Positions 1-11,714 are shown, counted from the stretch's first letter. The stretch is 64,000 nt of DNA from Opitutia bacterium (GCA_050506795.1 JBJHCF010000004.1:1-64000); one strand, 5' to 3'. Made by a program: numbers and translations. The notes: a model not told the origin generated them from the sequence alone.

Positions 1-1
1 G

Positions 2-334
2 GATTGGCGTGAGTGCCAGAAGGCGTACCGGGTGCACCTGTTTGGGCGTGCGAACGCGGCGTTGATGGGCGAAGGGCAGGGGTTGCCCAAGAGTGTGGTG
101 GCGCGGGTAAAGGGGCGGGAAGGTGAGTTGAGCCTGCCGGAGGTGTTGCGTTGCCGGGTGCGTTATTTCACGGCCGGAGCGGCGATTGGGACGCGAGAGT
201 TCGTGGAGGAGGTGTTGCGCCAGAACGTGGGTATGTTCGGGAAGAACCGCAAGAGCGGAGCGGTGCGAATGCGGGGGAAGGGGTTGGGGGAGTTTTACAG
301 TCTACGCAATCTGCGGAAGGACGTGTTCGGGTAG
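2..334 (+). CDS. C-terminal part of a REP-associated/IS200-like (Y1 HUH) transposase, truncated by window start
   Basis: Frame is open from position 2. LRCRVRYFTAGAAIGTREFVEEV...RKSGA..M...LYSLRNLR resembles the C-terminal extension of PVC-group RAYT-like transposases. The catalytic HUH/Y region would lie upstream, outside the window. Confidence 0.6.
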   Translation, partial: DWRECQKAYRVHLFGRANAALMGEGQGLPKSVVARVKGREGELSLPEVLRCRVRYFTAGAAIGTREFVEEVLRQNVGMFGKNRKSGAVRMRGKGLGEFYSLRNLRKDVFG

Positions 335-352
335 TAATACCCGAATACGTCC
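319..352 (+). other. 15-bp hairpin overlapping the transposase stop codon
   Basis: GGACGTGTTCGGGTA-GTAA-TACCCGAATACGTCC with one G.T pair and no U-tract. Confidence 0.7.
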
Positions 353-382
353 ATTAAGATATGCAGTGAAGGTGCAAGCCAG

Positions 383-721
383 TCAGGATCCGTAAAGGGC
401 GTAAACCAGGCCGATGAGGATCAAGCTCAAAGCAGCAAAAACCGCCAGGTAAATGAGGCACCCACGCCGGACCTCTTGCCGGATGGCACGATGATCGATT
501 TCGAGCGAATCCTGGGCTATTGTTTCGGTCGGCTGGGGTTCCGCGAGTGACGTTTCAGGGATCGGATTTACGGTCTTGCATTTGAAATCGGATGGAGGTG
601 GGTCGGAAGACACCAACTCCATCCGGTGGTTGCTTTCTCGCGCGATTTCGGAATCCAGCCAGTCGAGGTGGTCCTGCAACAGCTTTTTCTGGGCATAAAG
701 TTCTTCCAGACGGTCCCTCAT
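383..721 (-). CDS. Hypothetical membrane-anchored protein
   Basis: 112 aa with N-terminal coiled coil and C-terminal hydrophobic helix; downstream of rpmA on the same strand. Confidence 0.6.
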   Translation of the reverse strand: MRDRLEELYAQKKLLQDHLDWLDSEIARESNHRMELVSSDPPPSDFKCKTVNPIPETSLAEPQPTETIAQDSLEIDHRAIRQEVRRGCLIYLAVFAALSLILIGLVYALYGS

Positions 722-837
722 GCAATGAATCGAGTTTTGTTGTCTGGTGGATTAAGCCAAGAACTAAAAAAGAGAACGCTGACGACGTTCTCTTTTTTTA
801 GCCGGACGGACGAACCGACCGCATTACGGGATGATTC

Positions 838-1086
838 TCAGGCAACCGGTTCCACGTGGACCTTGCGGTGAGCCTTGTCGAACTTGACTTGACCGTCAGT
901 CAACGCGAACAGCGTGAAGTCACGTCCGATGCCGACGTTGCGACCGGGGTGTGTCTTGGTGCCACGCTGGCGAATAATAATGTTGCCGGCAATCACTTTC
1001 TCGCCGCCGAATTTCTTGACACCCAGGCGCTTGCTGATGCTGTCCCGGCCGTTTCTGGATGTGCCTTGTCCTTTTTTGTGAGCCAT
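838..1086 (-). CDS. rpmA: 50S ribosomal protein L27
   Basis: [26 protein letters not shown]. Confidence 0.98.
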   Translation of the reverse strand: MAHKKGQGTSRNGRDSISKRLGVKKFGGEKVIAGNIIIRQRGTKTHPGRNVGIGRDFTLFALTDGQVKFDKAHRKVHVEPVA

Positions 1087-1098
1087 GGCTTATGCTCC

Positions 1099-1413
1099 TT
1101 ATGCTTGAATACTGTCGATTTTGATGACGGAAAGCTCCTGGCGATGCCCGCGGGTGCGCTCATAGCCTTTCCGTTTTTTCTTTTTGAATATCATCACCTT
1201 CTTACCCCGCTTGTTCTCCAGCACGGTGGCTTTGACCGAGGCGCCTTCGACGAAGGGCTGACCGATTTTCGCTTCGGCGCCCTCACCTGCAGTGAGGACT
1301 TCCTTGATCTCCACTTGGGAGCCGGCCTCGGTGTTGGGATAACGGTTTACCGAAAGGATATCCCCCTCCGAAACAGTGAATTGTCTGCCCTGAGTTTTAA
1401 TCGTCGCTTTCAT
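1099..1413 (-). CDS. rplU: 50S ribosomal protein L21
   Basis: [18 protein letters not shown]...[15 protein letters not shown]; start reassigned to ATG at 1413; adjacent to rpmA. Confidence 0.97.
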   Translation of the reverse strand: MKATIKTQGRQFTVSEGDILSVNRYPNTEAGSQVEIKEVLTAGEGAEAKIGQPFVEGASVKATVLENKRGKKVMIFKKKKRKGYERTRGHRQELSVIKIDSIQA

Positions 1414-1538
1414 GGAAAAGGACCAAATAAAAACGCCGGCTCGAGGAAAGCAAGGAGAAATTCCTCGACGCGGCCGCTTTTCTTTGGGAATGCAATGCTC
1501 GTTGACGTGCGGCAGCGCGCTGAACAAGGACCGACCGC

Positions 1539-2291
1539 ATGGAACCGGAAAGAGTCAGGCAAACCTTCAGGCAACCCGAGGCGGTGGCGCATTACACCCG
1601 GGCGGCGCGAGATCTCGGGCTTTGGCGATCGGAAGTCCGCCTATTGACCGGCTTATTCCGGGATCACGATTCTCTGCTTGACCTTGGGTGTGGCGCCGGG
1701 CGGATCGCGTTCGGTCTTTGGGAACTCGGGTACCACCGTCTGCAGGGCATCGACTATTCCGTCGAGATGATCCGTGAAGCGCGTCGGATTGCCCGGCTCC
1801 GCCGCTATGGAATCGACTTTCGTACCGCCGACGCGATCGCGTTGCGGCTGGATGATGATTCACTCGACGGCGTCATCTTCGGATTTAACGGACTCATGCA
1901 GATTCCGGGGCGCGAACGCCGGCGGCGGGCCATGGGGGAGGTGCGCCGGGTGGTGCGACCAGGTGGACGGTTTGTGTTCACTACTCATGATCGGGAGCAC
2001 CGGGTGTTTCGGGATTTCCTTCGGGTCCAAACGACGATCTGGGCTTGCGGGGAACAGCCGGTTGAGTTGGAGGAATTCGGAGATAATTTTTTCCGGGCAC
2101 CGGAAGGAGAGATATTCATGCACTTGCCCAATCGGACGGAGATCCTGGAAGACCTCGAAATCACCGGCTGGCGACATCAGAGCGACCTGATGCGTCACGA
2201 GATTGCCAACGAGTCGGCCGAGGTGCGACGTTTCTCCGACGAATGCCGTTTCTGGGTGGCGGAAAAAATGGATGACGATATTCCGATATGA
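1539..2291 (+). CDS. Class I SAM-dependent methyltransferase
   Basis: [10 protein letters not shown] motif [15 protein letters not shown]. Confidence 0.9.
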   Translation: MEPERVRQTFRQPEAVAHYTRAARDLGLWRSEVRLLTGLFRDHDSLLDLGCGAGRIAFGLWELGYHRLQGIDYSVEMIREARRIARLRRYGIDFRTADAIALRLDDDSLDGVIFGFNGLMQIPGRERRRRAMGEVRRVVRPGGRFVFTTHDREHRVFRDFLRVQTTIWACGEQPVELEEFGDNFFRAPEGEIFMHLPNRTEILEDLEITGWRHQSDLMRHEIANESAEVRRFSDECRFWVAEKMDDDIPI

Positions 2292-2465
2292 AACCTCACT
2301 CGGGGATACCCGGGATTGAAATGACCGCCCATCGGGGACCGCGGGCATCTGGGGATTTGCTCGTTCGCTTGGTTTGAAGCTGTAGCGGTTTGACTGGAAA
2401 GGCGGCGGAGGGATGAGTTGCGTTATCAAGCGATTTGGCTTCTTTTAGTGAGGAGTAGAGAGGCT

Positions 2466-4097
2466 ATGGGAATTCGTCTTATCGGCATAGGTGGTTTGGT
2501 TGCCCTCATCGCGGTGGGATGGGTGCTGTTTTTTGATCGTGGAGTCGAAGATCCGGTGGTGCCGGAAGAGAGGTCTGCTGTGGTTCCGGAACGAGCGGCT
2601 CCGGGATCGGCTTTTTTCGGTTATCAGGCTCCGGATCGTCCAGGGTTGCAGGAGGCGCGGGATGACGGATGGGAGAGGGCGGCGCCTCCGGGCGCTTATG
2701 AGAATGAGATGATTCTGAGCTTTCCTGGCGGAGACGACAGGCGAAGGTTCCTCTCGGAAATAGCAGGCCTTGATATCCGTGAGATAGAAACGATCCCGGG
2801 AACGAATATTGTCCGGGTGCGATACGGCGATGCCGCGACCGGGGCGCGTTTGCGGAACCTGCTCCCTCCCGGTGCCGGAGCGGAGTACAATCAGTTGGTG
2901 CTTTCCCCCACCTTGCCACCGCCGGTGGAGGAGGTCGAAAGCGGGCCGTTCTACGGTTTCGGCGATAATCTTTTACGCTGGCTCGGGATTCCGGACGATA
3001 ACAGCGACTGGGGTCGGGGGGTTACCGTGGCGGTGCTCGATACTGGAATCGTCCGTCATCCGGCTTTCGGTGGCGCGTTTATTCCCACGATTGATATGCT
3101 GGGAGACCGGGCTGCGGGATTCAGTTATCACGGACACGGTACGGCGGTGGCTTCGCTGATGGGTGGACAGCACGGGGTGGCGCCGGCGGCGAACCTCTTG
3201 GCGCTCAGGGTCCTGGATGGAGACGGGGCGGGCAGCAGCTTTCATCTGGCGCAGGGGATTTACGAAGCGGTGAACCGGGGAGCTCGGGTTATTCCGATGG
3301 CGCTGGGAACCTATGGAGAGAGTTCGGTTCTGCGGGAGGCGGTGGAGTACGCGCTCGACCGCGATGTCATTCTTTTGGCCGCCGCGGGTAACGAGGGGGT
3401 GCAGGGTCTCCCGTACCCGGCTGCTTATGCAGGTGTTATCGCTGTAACGGCCATTGACGCAGAACGACGTCGACCTCCATTTGCCAACGTGGCTCCCCAG
3501 GTTGATATCGCTGCTCCCGGGGTGTGGATTGTAGCGGCCTGGGAGGACGAGGGCTATATTGAGTTTAGTGGGACCTCCGCCGCGGTGGCGGTTGCCGGTG
3601 GAGCGGTGGCGGCCTTGTTGGGTACCGAGCCGACCCTTTCCTCAACTGAGGTTGCGGCAATCCTGCGCGGTAATGCTGACGATACCGGACCTCCGGGGCC
3701 CGATCCGGAGACCGGGGCCGGAGTGATAAATCTCAACCGGATTTTCAGTCGCAACGAATCGGGAATTCACGACCTGGCATTGGCCGATTTTCACCTGAGT
3801 CCGGAAGCTCGGGAAGGCAACGGGCCGCTGCAGGTTGTCGTGCAAAACCGCGGAACCGAACCGGTTCGGGATGTCCGGGTGGAGGTGGTCTTTGATGGCG
3901 ATTCCCATTTAATCGATATCGGGGCCCTGGAGGTGAATGAAGTCGGGGTGGCGGAAATCGATTTTGCCGCGGAACGGTTGATGGTTCCGGGAGGAGTGGA
4001 AATTGTCGCCCGTACCTTTGCGCCGCGGGTTGATGACAATCGGCCCGAGAACAATGTTCGAGGGGCACGCATCGGTTTGGCCCCGCCAGAGGAGTAA
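2466..4097 (+). CDS. S8 subtilisin-like serine peptidase with N-terminal anchor and C-terminal CARDB/Ig-like domain
   Basis: Catalytic triad motifs VAVLDTG, HGTAVAS, SGTSAA; AAAGN oxyanion site; C-terminal DLAL..VVVQNRG..ENN. Confidence 0.9.
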   Translation: MGIRLIGIGGLVALIAVGWVLFFDRGVEDPVVPEERSAVVPERAAPGSAFFGYQAPDRPGLQEARDDGWERAAPPGAYENEMILSFPGGDDRRRFLSEIAGLDIREIETIPGTNIVRVRYGDAATGARLRNLLPPGAGAEYNQLVLSPTLPPPVEEVESGPFYGFGDNLLRWLGIPDDNSDWGRGVTVAVLDTGIVRHPAFGGAFIPTIDMLGDRAAGFSYHGHGTAVASLMGGQHGVAPAANLLALRVLDGDGAGSSFHLAQGIYEAVNRGARVIPMALGTYGESSVLREAVEYALDRDVILLAAAGNEGVQGLPYPAAYAGVIAVTAIDAERRRPPFANVAPQVDIAAPGVWIVAAWEDEGYIEFSGTSAAVAVAGGAVAALLGTEPTLSSTEVAAILRGNADDTGPPGPDPETGAGVINLNRIFSRNESGIHDLALADFHLSPEAREGNGPLQVVVQNRGTEPVRDVRVEVVFDGDSHLIDIGALEVNEVGVAEIDFAAERLMVPGGVEIVARTFAPRVDDNRPENNVRGARIGLAPPEE

Positions 4098-4162
4098 AGC
4101 GTAACGCGCCGGGGCTCCGGTCGGATCCGCGGAACAAACCGCTGAAATGCGATTGTTTCGGA

Positions 4163-4783
4163 TCAGTGGTGGTTGTCGATCTCGTCGCGGCAATCCGGAC
4201 AGATGCTGTGTGAGAGCTGAGGGAGGGGCGATTCGTCAAACAGCCCGAGAATGGCGATGGCGAATTCCACCTCGGTCCATCCCCCGGGCACCGCGACCCG
4301 TTTGCACCAACTGCAAATCCGGACAAAGTCCTTGGTCTTGTCGCCAGTGACGTCAAGCAGACCTATCCGGGACCGCTTTTCCGTTCGAATCGTTTCGCTG
4401 ATAAACTCGACTCCCTCATCGGGAATGGGTGAGAGGGTGAGACGTAGGTAGCGACGGGTGTCGGGGGAGTCGCAGCGCAGCGGGAACGAGAGGGCACTTT
4501 GCCGAGCGCGAACTTTGTCCAGTAATGACGAGAAAATCTCCCGGGTTTCAGCATCCCGGAGGAAATCCCATAAAGAACGGCCGAGGATTGAATCTCGGGC
4601 CAGGTCCCAGGCTCGATTCGCTTCCGCGAATCGGCGCCAGCCATCATCCACCTCGATCAGGCGGTCACGCGAGTCAATGCGGTATACGATTCGGGAGGTT
4701 ACCTCTTGTGATGCTTGCACAATTGCAACTAGATGGAATTTAGCGTGGTGGCAAGTGACTGCTCTCAATCGTTCCGGCGGCAA
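4163..4783 (-). CDS. PAS-domain protein with C-terminal Cys/His metal-binding module (start uncertain)
   Basis: PAS-like segment (YRID..D..W..FA..LGRSLWDF) followed by ICSWCKRV...SHSICPDC. Confidence 0.75.
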   Translation of the reverse strand: MPPERLRAVTCHHAKFHLVAIVQASQEVTSRIVYRIDSRDRLIEVDDGWRRFAEANRAWDLARDSILGRSLWDFLRDAETREIFSSLLDKVRARQSALSFPLRCDSPDTRRYLRLTLSPIPDEGVEFISETIRTEKRSRIGLLDVTGDKTKDFVRICSWCKRVAVPGGWTEVEFAIAILGLFDESPLPQLSHSICPDCRDEIDNHH

Positions 4784-5086
4784 TCGCCGTTTTTTCCCGT
4801 GGCGTGGTCGCGGTTATCATGAATTTGTTAAATTTTATGGTCTGTGGCAAATAATTTGACGTTTGAATCTATTTTCTGAGTAATGAGCTTGATCGTTGTT
4901 GAATTGGGCTGGTGAAAGTGATTCGGCCGGGTCGAGATTTCCAATCCCTGAAGAGACAACAATCTGGTTTCATCGTTGTGTATGCTTGACTGGATCCGCG
5001 CCGGCAGGAGTTGAGTAAACCAGGCATCGTATTTTGGGATTTTTTGTCCGGGCGGGAGCCTTTTGCCCCATGAAATAGTATTGTTT

Positions 5087-7348
5087 ATGCTAAACGCTAC
5101 TTCGATCAGATGGAAGCAAACTCTGATTGTAACCCTCATTAGCGGCATTGCGGTTTTGCTGTTCGGTGGTGCAATTGTTGCGCGGGACGGGGTGAACCTG
5201 CGACGGAGCTTGTTGTGGGAGGTTACGGTGTTGGCCCAGGTGACGGCACAAAACAGCGGAATCGCCCTAAGCAATGAGGACCCGGTTTTGGCATCGGACT
5301 GCCTGGCTGCGCTGGCGGAGCACGGTAATATCGTCACCGCGGCACTGTTCGACCGCAACGGCGAGTTGGTTGCGAGGTACGACCGCGAAGGATCGGTTGT
5401 GTCCGGGCCTTCCGGGAGTTTGAGGAACGCCGGGCATGTGTTTACAAATGACCGGTTGCAGTTGGTTCAATCTGTCGAGTGGGAGGGGGGGCGGCTTGGA
5501 ACGATCTATCTAGAGGCCGACCTGGGAGTGCTGCGGGAACGAGCCGGAAACCAGGTTGCGTTTGTAGGGGGGGTGCTGGCTGCGTGTCTTGTGCTGACAT
5601 TTTTTCTGGCGAACATTTTACAACGCTGGTTATGGGCACCGGTGGTCAGTCTGATTGAAACCGCCGGCGAAGATATGGATCGTCAGGTGGAGAGACGAAC
5701 CGAAGAGCTCAATCGGGCGCGTGAACGTGCCGACCGCGAACAGGCCCGGTTGCGTTTGATTTTCGACTCCGTTCCCATGGGGATCGCGCTGCGCACGGTG
5801 CGGCCGGACGGGACGGAGGAGGTAATGATGAACGATGTTCAGTGGGAGATTTGCGGTTTGCGCCGGGATCAGCACGAAACCTCCGTGTTTTTCGAAATCA
5901 CTCACCCTGAGGATCGGGAGAAGCAGAACGCGTTGCACATGCAGGTAGACGCCAGAGAATTCGACCGGTATTCGATGGAAAAGCGTTATTTGTGTCCCAA
6001 TGGGAAACAGGTTTGGGTCTATTTCTCGGTGCAGCGGCAATGGGCTGCGGATGGCGGGTATGAGGACCTGGCGACCGCGGTCGACATAACCGCTCTGAAG
6101 GAAGCCCAGCGGGAAGCGGATTACGAGCGTGATCTGTTGCGTGGGTTGTTGGACCACTCGGAGGATTATATTTATTTCAAGGATCTCCAATCCCGGTTCA
6201 TCAAGGTCAGCACTTTTCAAGCCAGGCAGTTTGGTTTGGATTCTCCAAAGGAAATCGAAGGCAAAACCGATTTCGATTTCTTTTCGGAAACACACGCGAG
6301 GGAAGCCTTCGATGACGAGCAGCGTATTATCAAAACCGGCGTGCCGATACTGGGCAAGGTGGAGCGTGAGTCTTGGGAAAACAAGGAGGGCGGCTTCTGG
6401 GTGTTGACCAGCAAAATGCCCTGGCGAAACAAGGATGGCGAAATCATCGGCACGTTCGGCATGAGCCGCGACATAACCGAAATGAAGGAAGCCGAGACGA
6501 AACTGGAGCAGGTGCATCAGCAGTTGCTGGTGACCTCACGCCAAGCCGGAATGGCCGAGATTGCCACCAGCGTGCTGCACAATGTCGGCAACGTTCTCAA
6601 TACCGTGAATGTGTCGGCCGGGTTGGTCGGCGACCGATTGCGGAATTCAAGAATTGCCAGCCTGGGAAAAGTGGTGGCGCTTCTGCGGGAGCATCAAGAC
6701 GATATGAGTTCGTTTCTTACCCGGGATCCCCGGGGCCAAACCGTGCCCGGTTTCCTGGCCCAGTTGTGGGACCATGTTGAGGCTGAGCGGACGACTGTCA
6801 TTGGCGAGCTTGAGTCGGTCCAAAAGAACATCGAGCACATTAAGGAAATCGTTGCCATGCAGCAGAACTACGCCCGGGTTTCCGGAGTCGCGGAAACGGT
6901 GGACCTGCGTGATTTGATCGAGGACAGTGTGCGGATGGATGGAGGATCCATGAATAGACACGGAGTCGAGTTGATTCGGGAATTCGAGGATCTGGCGCCA
7001 ATCACGGTCGATCGTCACAAGGTACTTCAAGTCCTGGTAAACCTGGTACGCAACGCCAAGCACGCCTGCCAGGATTCGGACCGTCCGGATAAACGAATCG
7101 TCCTCCGATTGTCCAACGGCGACGGCCGGGTGCGGGTATCGGTGATTGACAACGGAGTGGGAATTCCGGAGGCCAGTATGACCCGCATCTTCAGCCACGG
7201 CTTTTCCACCCGTAAAGACGGGCACGGATTCGGCTTGCACAGCAGTGCTTTGCTAGCCACGGAATTGGGAGGAATTCTCGAGGTTCACAGCGAAGGAGAA
7301 GGACGCGGCGCCTCATTCACACTCACCTTGCCATTGCATCCGTCGTGA
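5087..7348 (+). CDS. Membrane sensor histidine kinase (periplasmic sensor, 2 PAS, HisKA, HATPase)
   Basis: Two TM helices, PAS motifs, H-box GMAEIATSVLHNVGNVLN, N-box NLVRNA, DNGVG, GHGFGL. Confidence 0.92.
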   Translation: MLNATSIRWKQTLIVTLISGIAVLLFGGAIVARDGVNLRRSLLWEVTVLAQVTAQNSGIALSNEDPVLASDCLAALAEHGNIVTAALFDRNGELVARYDREGSVVSGPSGSLRNAGHVFTNDRLQLVQSVEWEGGRLGTIYLEADLGVLRERAGNQVAFVGGVLAACLVLTFFLANILQRWLWAPVVSLIETAGEDMDRQVERRTEELNRARERADREQARLRLIFDSVPMGIALRTVRPDGTEEVMMNDVQWEICGLRRDQHETSVFFEITHPEDREKQNALHMQVDAREFDRYSMEKRYLCPNGKQVWVYFSVQRQWAADGGYEDLATAVDITALKEAQREADYERDLLRGLLDHSEDYIYFKDLQSRFIKVSTFQARQFGLDSPKEIEGKTDFDFFSETHAREAFDDEQRIIKTGVPILGKVERESWENKEGGFWVLTSKMPWRNKDGEIIGTFGMSRDITEMKEAETKLEQVHQQLLVTSRQAGMAEIATSVLHNVGNVLNTVNVSAGLVGDRLRNSRIASLGKVVALLREHQDDMSSFLTRDPRGQTVPGFLAQLWDHVEAERTTVIGELESVQKNIEHIKEIVAMQQNYARVSGVAETVDLRDLIEDSVRMDGGSMNRHGVELIREFEDLAPITVDRHKVLQVLVNLVRNAKHACQDSDRPDKRIVLRLSNGDGRVRVSVIDNGVGIPEASMTRIFSHGFSTRKDGHGFGLHSSALLATELGGILEVHSEGEGRGASFTLTLPLHPS

Positions 7349-7422
7349 TTCGAACTGCCGCCCGCTTGAACCTGCACCAGACAGACTTCCTTTCACACGG
7401 GCTCCGACCGGTTCGGGAAATC

Positions 7423-8703
7423 ATGTCCGCCGTCGTGGGAATCCTGCTGGTTTTTTTCATAGTGGCGGTGAGTTCCGGAGTGGCGACTCCGGCAAACGGG
7501 ACGGAGGAGTTCGGCGATTTCTCCCGTGAGGAGCCGCTTACCAGTTTGAGCGCATTCTGGGAATTGGAACCGGTGGCGGGTGACCGGGTATTCCCGATGA
7601 GGATGAGGCTTGAGATCAGTTTTTATCATCCGGTTTGGCGGGTTCTATGGGTACGGGATACGAACGGCGGCACTTTTCTTGATCCCGGTGCGGACCCTCT
7701 TCCCGTCCGTTCCGGCCAGGTCGTTGACCTGGATGGGTTTGCGCGGCCCGGGCGACAGCAAATCCTTTGGGATCAGACGGCAATAAACGTGGTGGAGGGT
7801 GTGGAACCACGGGCTCCGGCCCCCTGGCCCGAGACGGAAAGGGATCGGGAGGCGAACAATCTTCGGGTAGTGGAAGCCGAAGGTCTGGTGGTGTCGCAGA
7901 TCAGGGTCGACTCCCATTTCGAAAGACTGGTACTCGCGGTGGGCGAGCAGGTGGTATCCGTGTACCTTTCGTTCGATTCGAGTCGCCGGGTCCCCGTCTT
8001 CGAGGGAGCGTTTGTTTCGATGGATGGAGTTTTCGTGATGCACAGGGACGGCGAGGGCCGGCCTGCCGGGCTGGAGCTTTGGGTTATTGGGCCTGAGCGT
8101 ATCGAACTCCTTTCTTGGTTGTCCGACGACGAGCGTTTTTCGATTGATCCGGTTGCGATCGGGGACCTCCCGCCAATCTCCGCCGATACCCGGGTAAGGA
8201 TACAAGGCACAGTCCATGCGCTCACCGGGGAGGACGAGGTGGTGGTGCGTGATGGAACGGGGCAGGTCAGGTTTCAGGTGTTGCTGCGCTCGGAGCGTGA
8301 TCTGGCTGTTTTTTTGTCCGACGATCCCCAGGGTCGACGCGTTCTGCCGTTTCTGGATCAACTGGCGATGCACCTCGAATCGGAAAGGGACGGCGTGAGA
8401 CGTGAGCTTGATTCCTTGCGTGAGAGCGTGGAGCACATCAAGGAGATTGTTTCTATGCAGCAGACCTACGCGGGCGGCGCCGATTTGAAGGAAAACCTGC
8501 CGCTTGCGGATCTGGTGGAGGACAGTTTGCGCATTGAGGGTGAACTTTCCACCCGCAAGGGCGGTCACGGATTTGGCTTGCATAGCAGTGCGCTATTTGC
8601 CCAGGAAATGGGCGCGACATTGCGTGTCGAAAGCGATGGAGCCGGCTTTGGCGCTCGTTTCATCCTGGAGCTTCCTCGCTACCCAAACCAAAACCAGACA
8701 TGA
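7423..8703 (+). pseudogene. Internally deleted histidine-kinase paralog (exported N-terminal domain plus kinase remnants, still in frame)
   Basis: C-terminus aligns by eye with the upstream kinase (HIKEIV.MQQ.YA; STRK.GHGFGLHSSAL) but lacks H-box, N-box and G1 box. Confidence 0.6.
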
Positions 8704-11354
8704 CCGATCAAGGGCAAGAGAACAATCGCCGGATTTTGATCATCGACGATAACCGTGCGATCCACGACGATTTTCGCAAGATTCTTTCCCCGGATGACGC
8801 GGAAAGTTCCGCGGCGCTCGACGTCAGCGAAGCCAAGCTTTTTGGTGAACCGGAGCCTCAGGTCCGAAAAGTCGCGTTTCAGCTCGATTCCGCCTATCAG
8901 GGTCAGGAGGGGGTGGCGATGGTGGAGAAGGCGTTGAGCGAGGGTCGGCCTTACTCCATGGCGTTTGTGGATGTTCGGATGCCTCCCGGCTGGGACGGCG
9001 TGGAAACAACCAGCCGAATGCTGCAAATTGATCCGCGGATACAGATTGTGATCTGCACTGCCTACGCCGATTATTCATGGGATGACATGTTCGCCCGTAT
9101 CGGGAATCGGGACGGCCTGGTGATTTTGAAGAAGCCGTTCGACACGGTCGAGGCCCTCCAATTGGCGTTCGCGTTTACCGAAAAATGGCGCCTTCACGCA
9201 GAGGCGCAGGCCAGGATGCAGGATTTGGAAGCTCGGGTGGACGAGCGCACTCGGGAGATTCAACGGGCGAATCTCGCCTTACGTGAGAGCGAGGAACGCT
9301 TCTCGCGCGCTTTCGAGTACGCGGCGGCCGGAATGGCGCTGGTGGCGCCGGATGGAAGCTGGCTGAAGGTGAATCGTGCGCTGTGCGACCTCTTCGGCTA
9401 TTCAGCGGAGGAGTTCAACCAGGATTTGTGGGAGAGGATCGTGGATTCCAGCTGCCGCGACAACGATGTTGATCACCGTCGCAAGCTTCTGGCCGGCGAG
9501 GTTCCGGTCTACCATGTTCAGAAGCGATGTAGCGACCGTCACGGGAGAACTGTTTGGGTCGTCCTCAGTGTTTCCCTGGTTCGGGAGCGGGATGAGCCTC
9601 GGTACTTTATTTGGCAGTTGCAGGATATCACCAAACGAAAAAGGGCGGAACAGCAACTCAGTCTCGAATACGCGATTAGTCGGGTTTTGGCTGAGTCGGT
9701 GGGAGAGGATCTTGTTGGCCCAAAGTTGCTCGAGGTCCTCTGCCTGGAGTGCGAATGGGATGCGGGCGTGCTGTGGCGGGTGACGCAGCGGTCCGATGCC
9801 CTGCGGCGGACGGCGGTCTGGCCCGAGAGTCCGGAGGGTAACGCGCTGGAAGCAGACGAGTTTGAGCTCATCGCCGCCGGAAGTGACGGAATCCCGGGCC
9901 AGGTATGGTCTTCGGTTGAACCGACCTGGGTTCCGGATCTTTCCGTCGCGGGAGAGTCGAAGGATCTGGTAGCCGCGCACCGGGCGGGCTATACTGCGGC
10001 ATTCGCCTTTCCAATCCTGATCGGGAGCCGGGTGGCCGGCGTGGTCTCGCTTTACGGCCGTAATGCGCGTGAACTGGACGAGGACCTGAAAAGAATCCTG
10101 GTGGTTCTGGGCGGCCAACTGGGGCAGTTCTTCCAGCGAATCGCTCTGGAAGATAAACTGTTTCAGGCGGAAAAACTCAAGACAGTAGGAAAACTGGCCG
10201 GGGGAGTGGCTCATGAGTTCAACAGTATTTTGACCGCTATAATCGGCCGGAGCGAGATGATGCTGGCGGAGGTTTCCGAAGGTTCCAGGGCGCAGGTCCA
10301 GGGGATCGAGATTCGCAACGCGGCGGAACGGGCAGCGGTATTGACCCGGCAGTTGCTGGCTTACGGGCGCAAGCAGTTTCTCCGCGTCGAGCGTCTTGAT
10401 ATGAATCAGGTGATCCTGGGTATGGAGGGGATGTTGGGACACCTGCTGGGCGCACAGATCGACATCCGCCTCCAGCCTGGGGGAGATCTGGCCAAGGTCG
10501 AAGCGGACGCCGGTCAGATCGAGGAGGTGATCGTGAACCTCGCCCTGAATTCCGCCGACGCCATGCCCAACGGAGGCAAACTTACCCTGCAAACCTCTAA
10601 CGAGACTATCCAGGAAGATGCGATCGGCCGCGAGGAGGATCTAAAAGCCGGTGCGTACGTGATGCTGGCCGTTTCCGATACCGGTATCGGTATGACTTCG
10701 GAAGTGCACCAGAGAGTGTTTGAGCCCTTCTTTACCACCAAGGCGGTGGGAAAGGGCTCCGGCTTGGGCCTGGCCACCTGTTACGGGATCGTCAAGCAGA
10801 GCGGCGGTCATATCACGATCTACAGCGAGCCCGACCGCGGCACCACCGTAAAAATCTACCTTCCCCAGGCTCCCGAGGCTTCGAGGGCCGAGGTGAAAAG
10901 GAAAACGGACGGTGAAGATTCGATGGTCGAGTTGCCGCGGGGCAAGGAGACAATCCTTCTCGTCGAGGATGATCGCGGGCTGCGCGAAATGGCGGAAGCG
11001 CTGCTCCGTCGATTGGGATATACGGTAGTGTGTGCGTCGAATGGCGCCAAGGCCCTGGCATTGGTTAAAACCGGCGGCAACGGAGGAATCGACTTGCTGT
11101 TCACGGATATTGTAATGCCGGAAATGGACGGATTGAAACTGGCGGAGAATTTCAGAAACGTTTGTCCATCGATTCGGGTGCTCTTCACCTCCGCTTATAC
11201 CGGGAAGGCCATAAATCATCAGGGTTTGGTTCAGGCGGGAGCGGAACTTCTGGAAAAGCCTTTTACCCCAAGCGCACTGGCACGGAAGGTGCGTCAGGTG
11301 CTGGACCGCCCGTCACCGCCCGTCGGCCGACACACCGAAGGAAACAGCAACTGA
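8700..11354 (+). CDS. Hybrid sensor kinase REC-PAS-GAF-HisKA-HATPase-REC
   Basis: ILIIDD..DVRMPPG receiver, [10 protein letters not shown]-box, [14 protein letters not shown]-terminal LLVEDD..DIVMP receiver. Confidence 0.93.
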   Translation: MTDQGQENNRRILIIDDNRAIHDDFRKILSPDDAESSAALDVSEAKLFGEPEPQVRKVAFQLDSAYQGQEGVAMVEKALSEGRPYSMAFVDVRMPPGWDGVETTSRMLQIDPRIQIVICTAYADYSWDDMFARIGNRDGLVILKKPFDTVEALQLAFAFTEKWRLHAEAQARMQDLEARVDERTREIQRANLALRESEERFSRAFEYAAAGMALVAPDGSWLKVNRALCDLFGYSAEEFNQDLWERIVDSSCRDNDVDHRRKLLAGEVPVYHVQKRCSDRHGRTVWVVLSVSLVRERDEPRYFIWQLQDITKRKRAEQQLSLEYAISRVLAESVGEDLVGPKLLEVLCLECEWDAGVLWRVTQRSDALRRTAVWPESPEGNALEADEFELIAAGSDGIPGQVWSSVEPTWVPDLSVAGESKDLVAAHRAGYTAAFAFPILIGSRVAGVVSLYGRNARELDEDLKRILVVLGGQLGQFFQRIALEDKLFQAEKLKTVGKLAGGVAHEFNSILTAIIGRSEMMLAEVSEGSRAQVQGIEIRNAAERAAVLTRQLLAYGRKQFLRVERLDMNQVILGMEGMLGHLLGAQIDIRLQPGGDLAKVEADAGQIEEVIVNLALNSADAMPNGGKLTLQTSNETIQEDAIGREEDLKAGAYVMLAVSDTGIGMTSEVHQRVFEPFFTTKAVGKGSGLGLATCYGIVKQSGGHITIYSEPDRGTTVKIYLPQAPEASRAEVKRKTDGEDSMVELPRGKETILLVEDDRGLREMAEALLRRLGYTVVCASNGAKALALVKTGGNGGIDLLFTDIVMPEMDGLKLAENFRNVCPSIRVLFTSAYTGKAINHQGLVQAGAELLEKPFTPSALARKVRQVLDRPSPPVGRHTEGNSN

Positions 11355-11391
11355 CCGAGCGCTGTTTCGTTTAATTCCCGTACGTATGGAT

Positions 11392-11420
11392 TTGCATCAC
11401 TTACGTGCACGCGCTATCAT
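11392..11420 (+). promoter_or_regulatory. Putative sigma70 promoter
   Basis: TTGCAT-17 bp-TATCAT upstream of the small ORF at 11490, which has an AAAGGAG RBS. Confidence 0.55.
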
Positions 11421-11489
11421 GGCATCGAAACGGGGTGCATCCATTGGATGGCCGTCTTTGTTCCGGATAACACACCAAAGGAGATTATT

Positions 11490-11714
11490 ATGATCAGGGT
11501 AAAGCACTTCACGGTCGGAACGTCGGAATCAGCACTCGAGTTCCTCGATCGCGACATAAATAAATGGCTGGATACCAACCATGTTCAGGATGTGAAGCAT
11601 GTGTTGCAGACGTACGGACAGGCTCCTCGTGGTATGAGCGGGCACAGCGAGGATTCTCTCTTTATTCAGGTATGGTATGTGGTTCCCGACCATTTGGTCA
11701 AAGATTACGATTGA
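11490..11714 (+). CDS. Small hypothetical protein (weakly Cse60-like)
   Basis: 74 aa MIRVKHF...LDRDINKWL...IQVWY, with good RBS and promoter. Confidence 0.7.
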   Translation: MIRVKHFTVGTSESALEFLDRDINKWLDTNHVQDVKHVLQTYGQAPRGMSGHSEDSLFIQVWYVVPDHLVKDYD

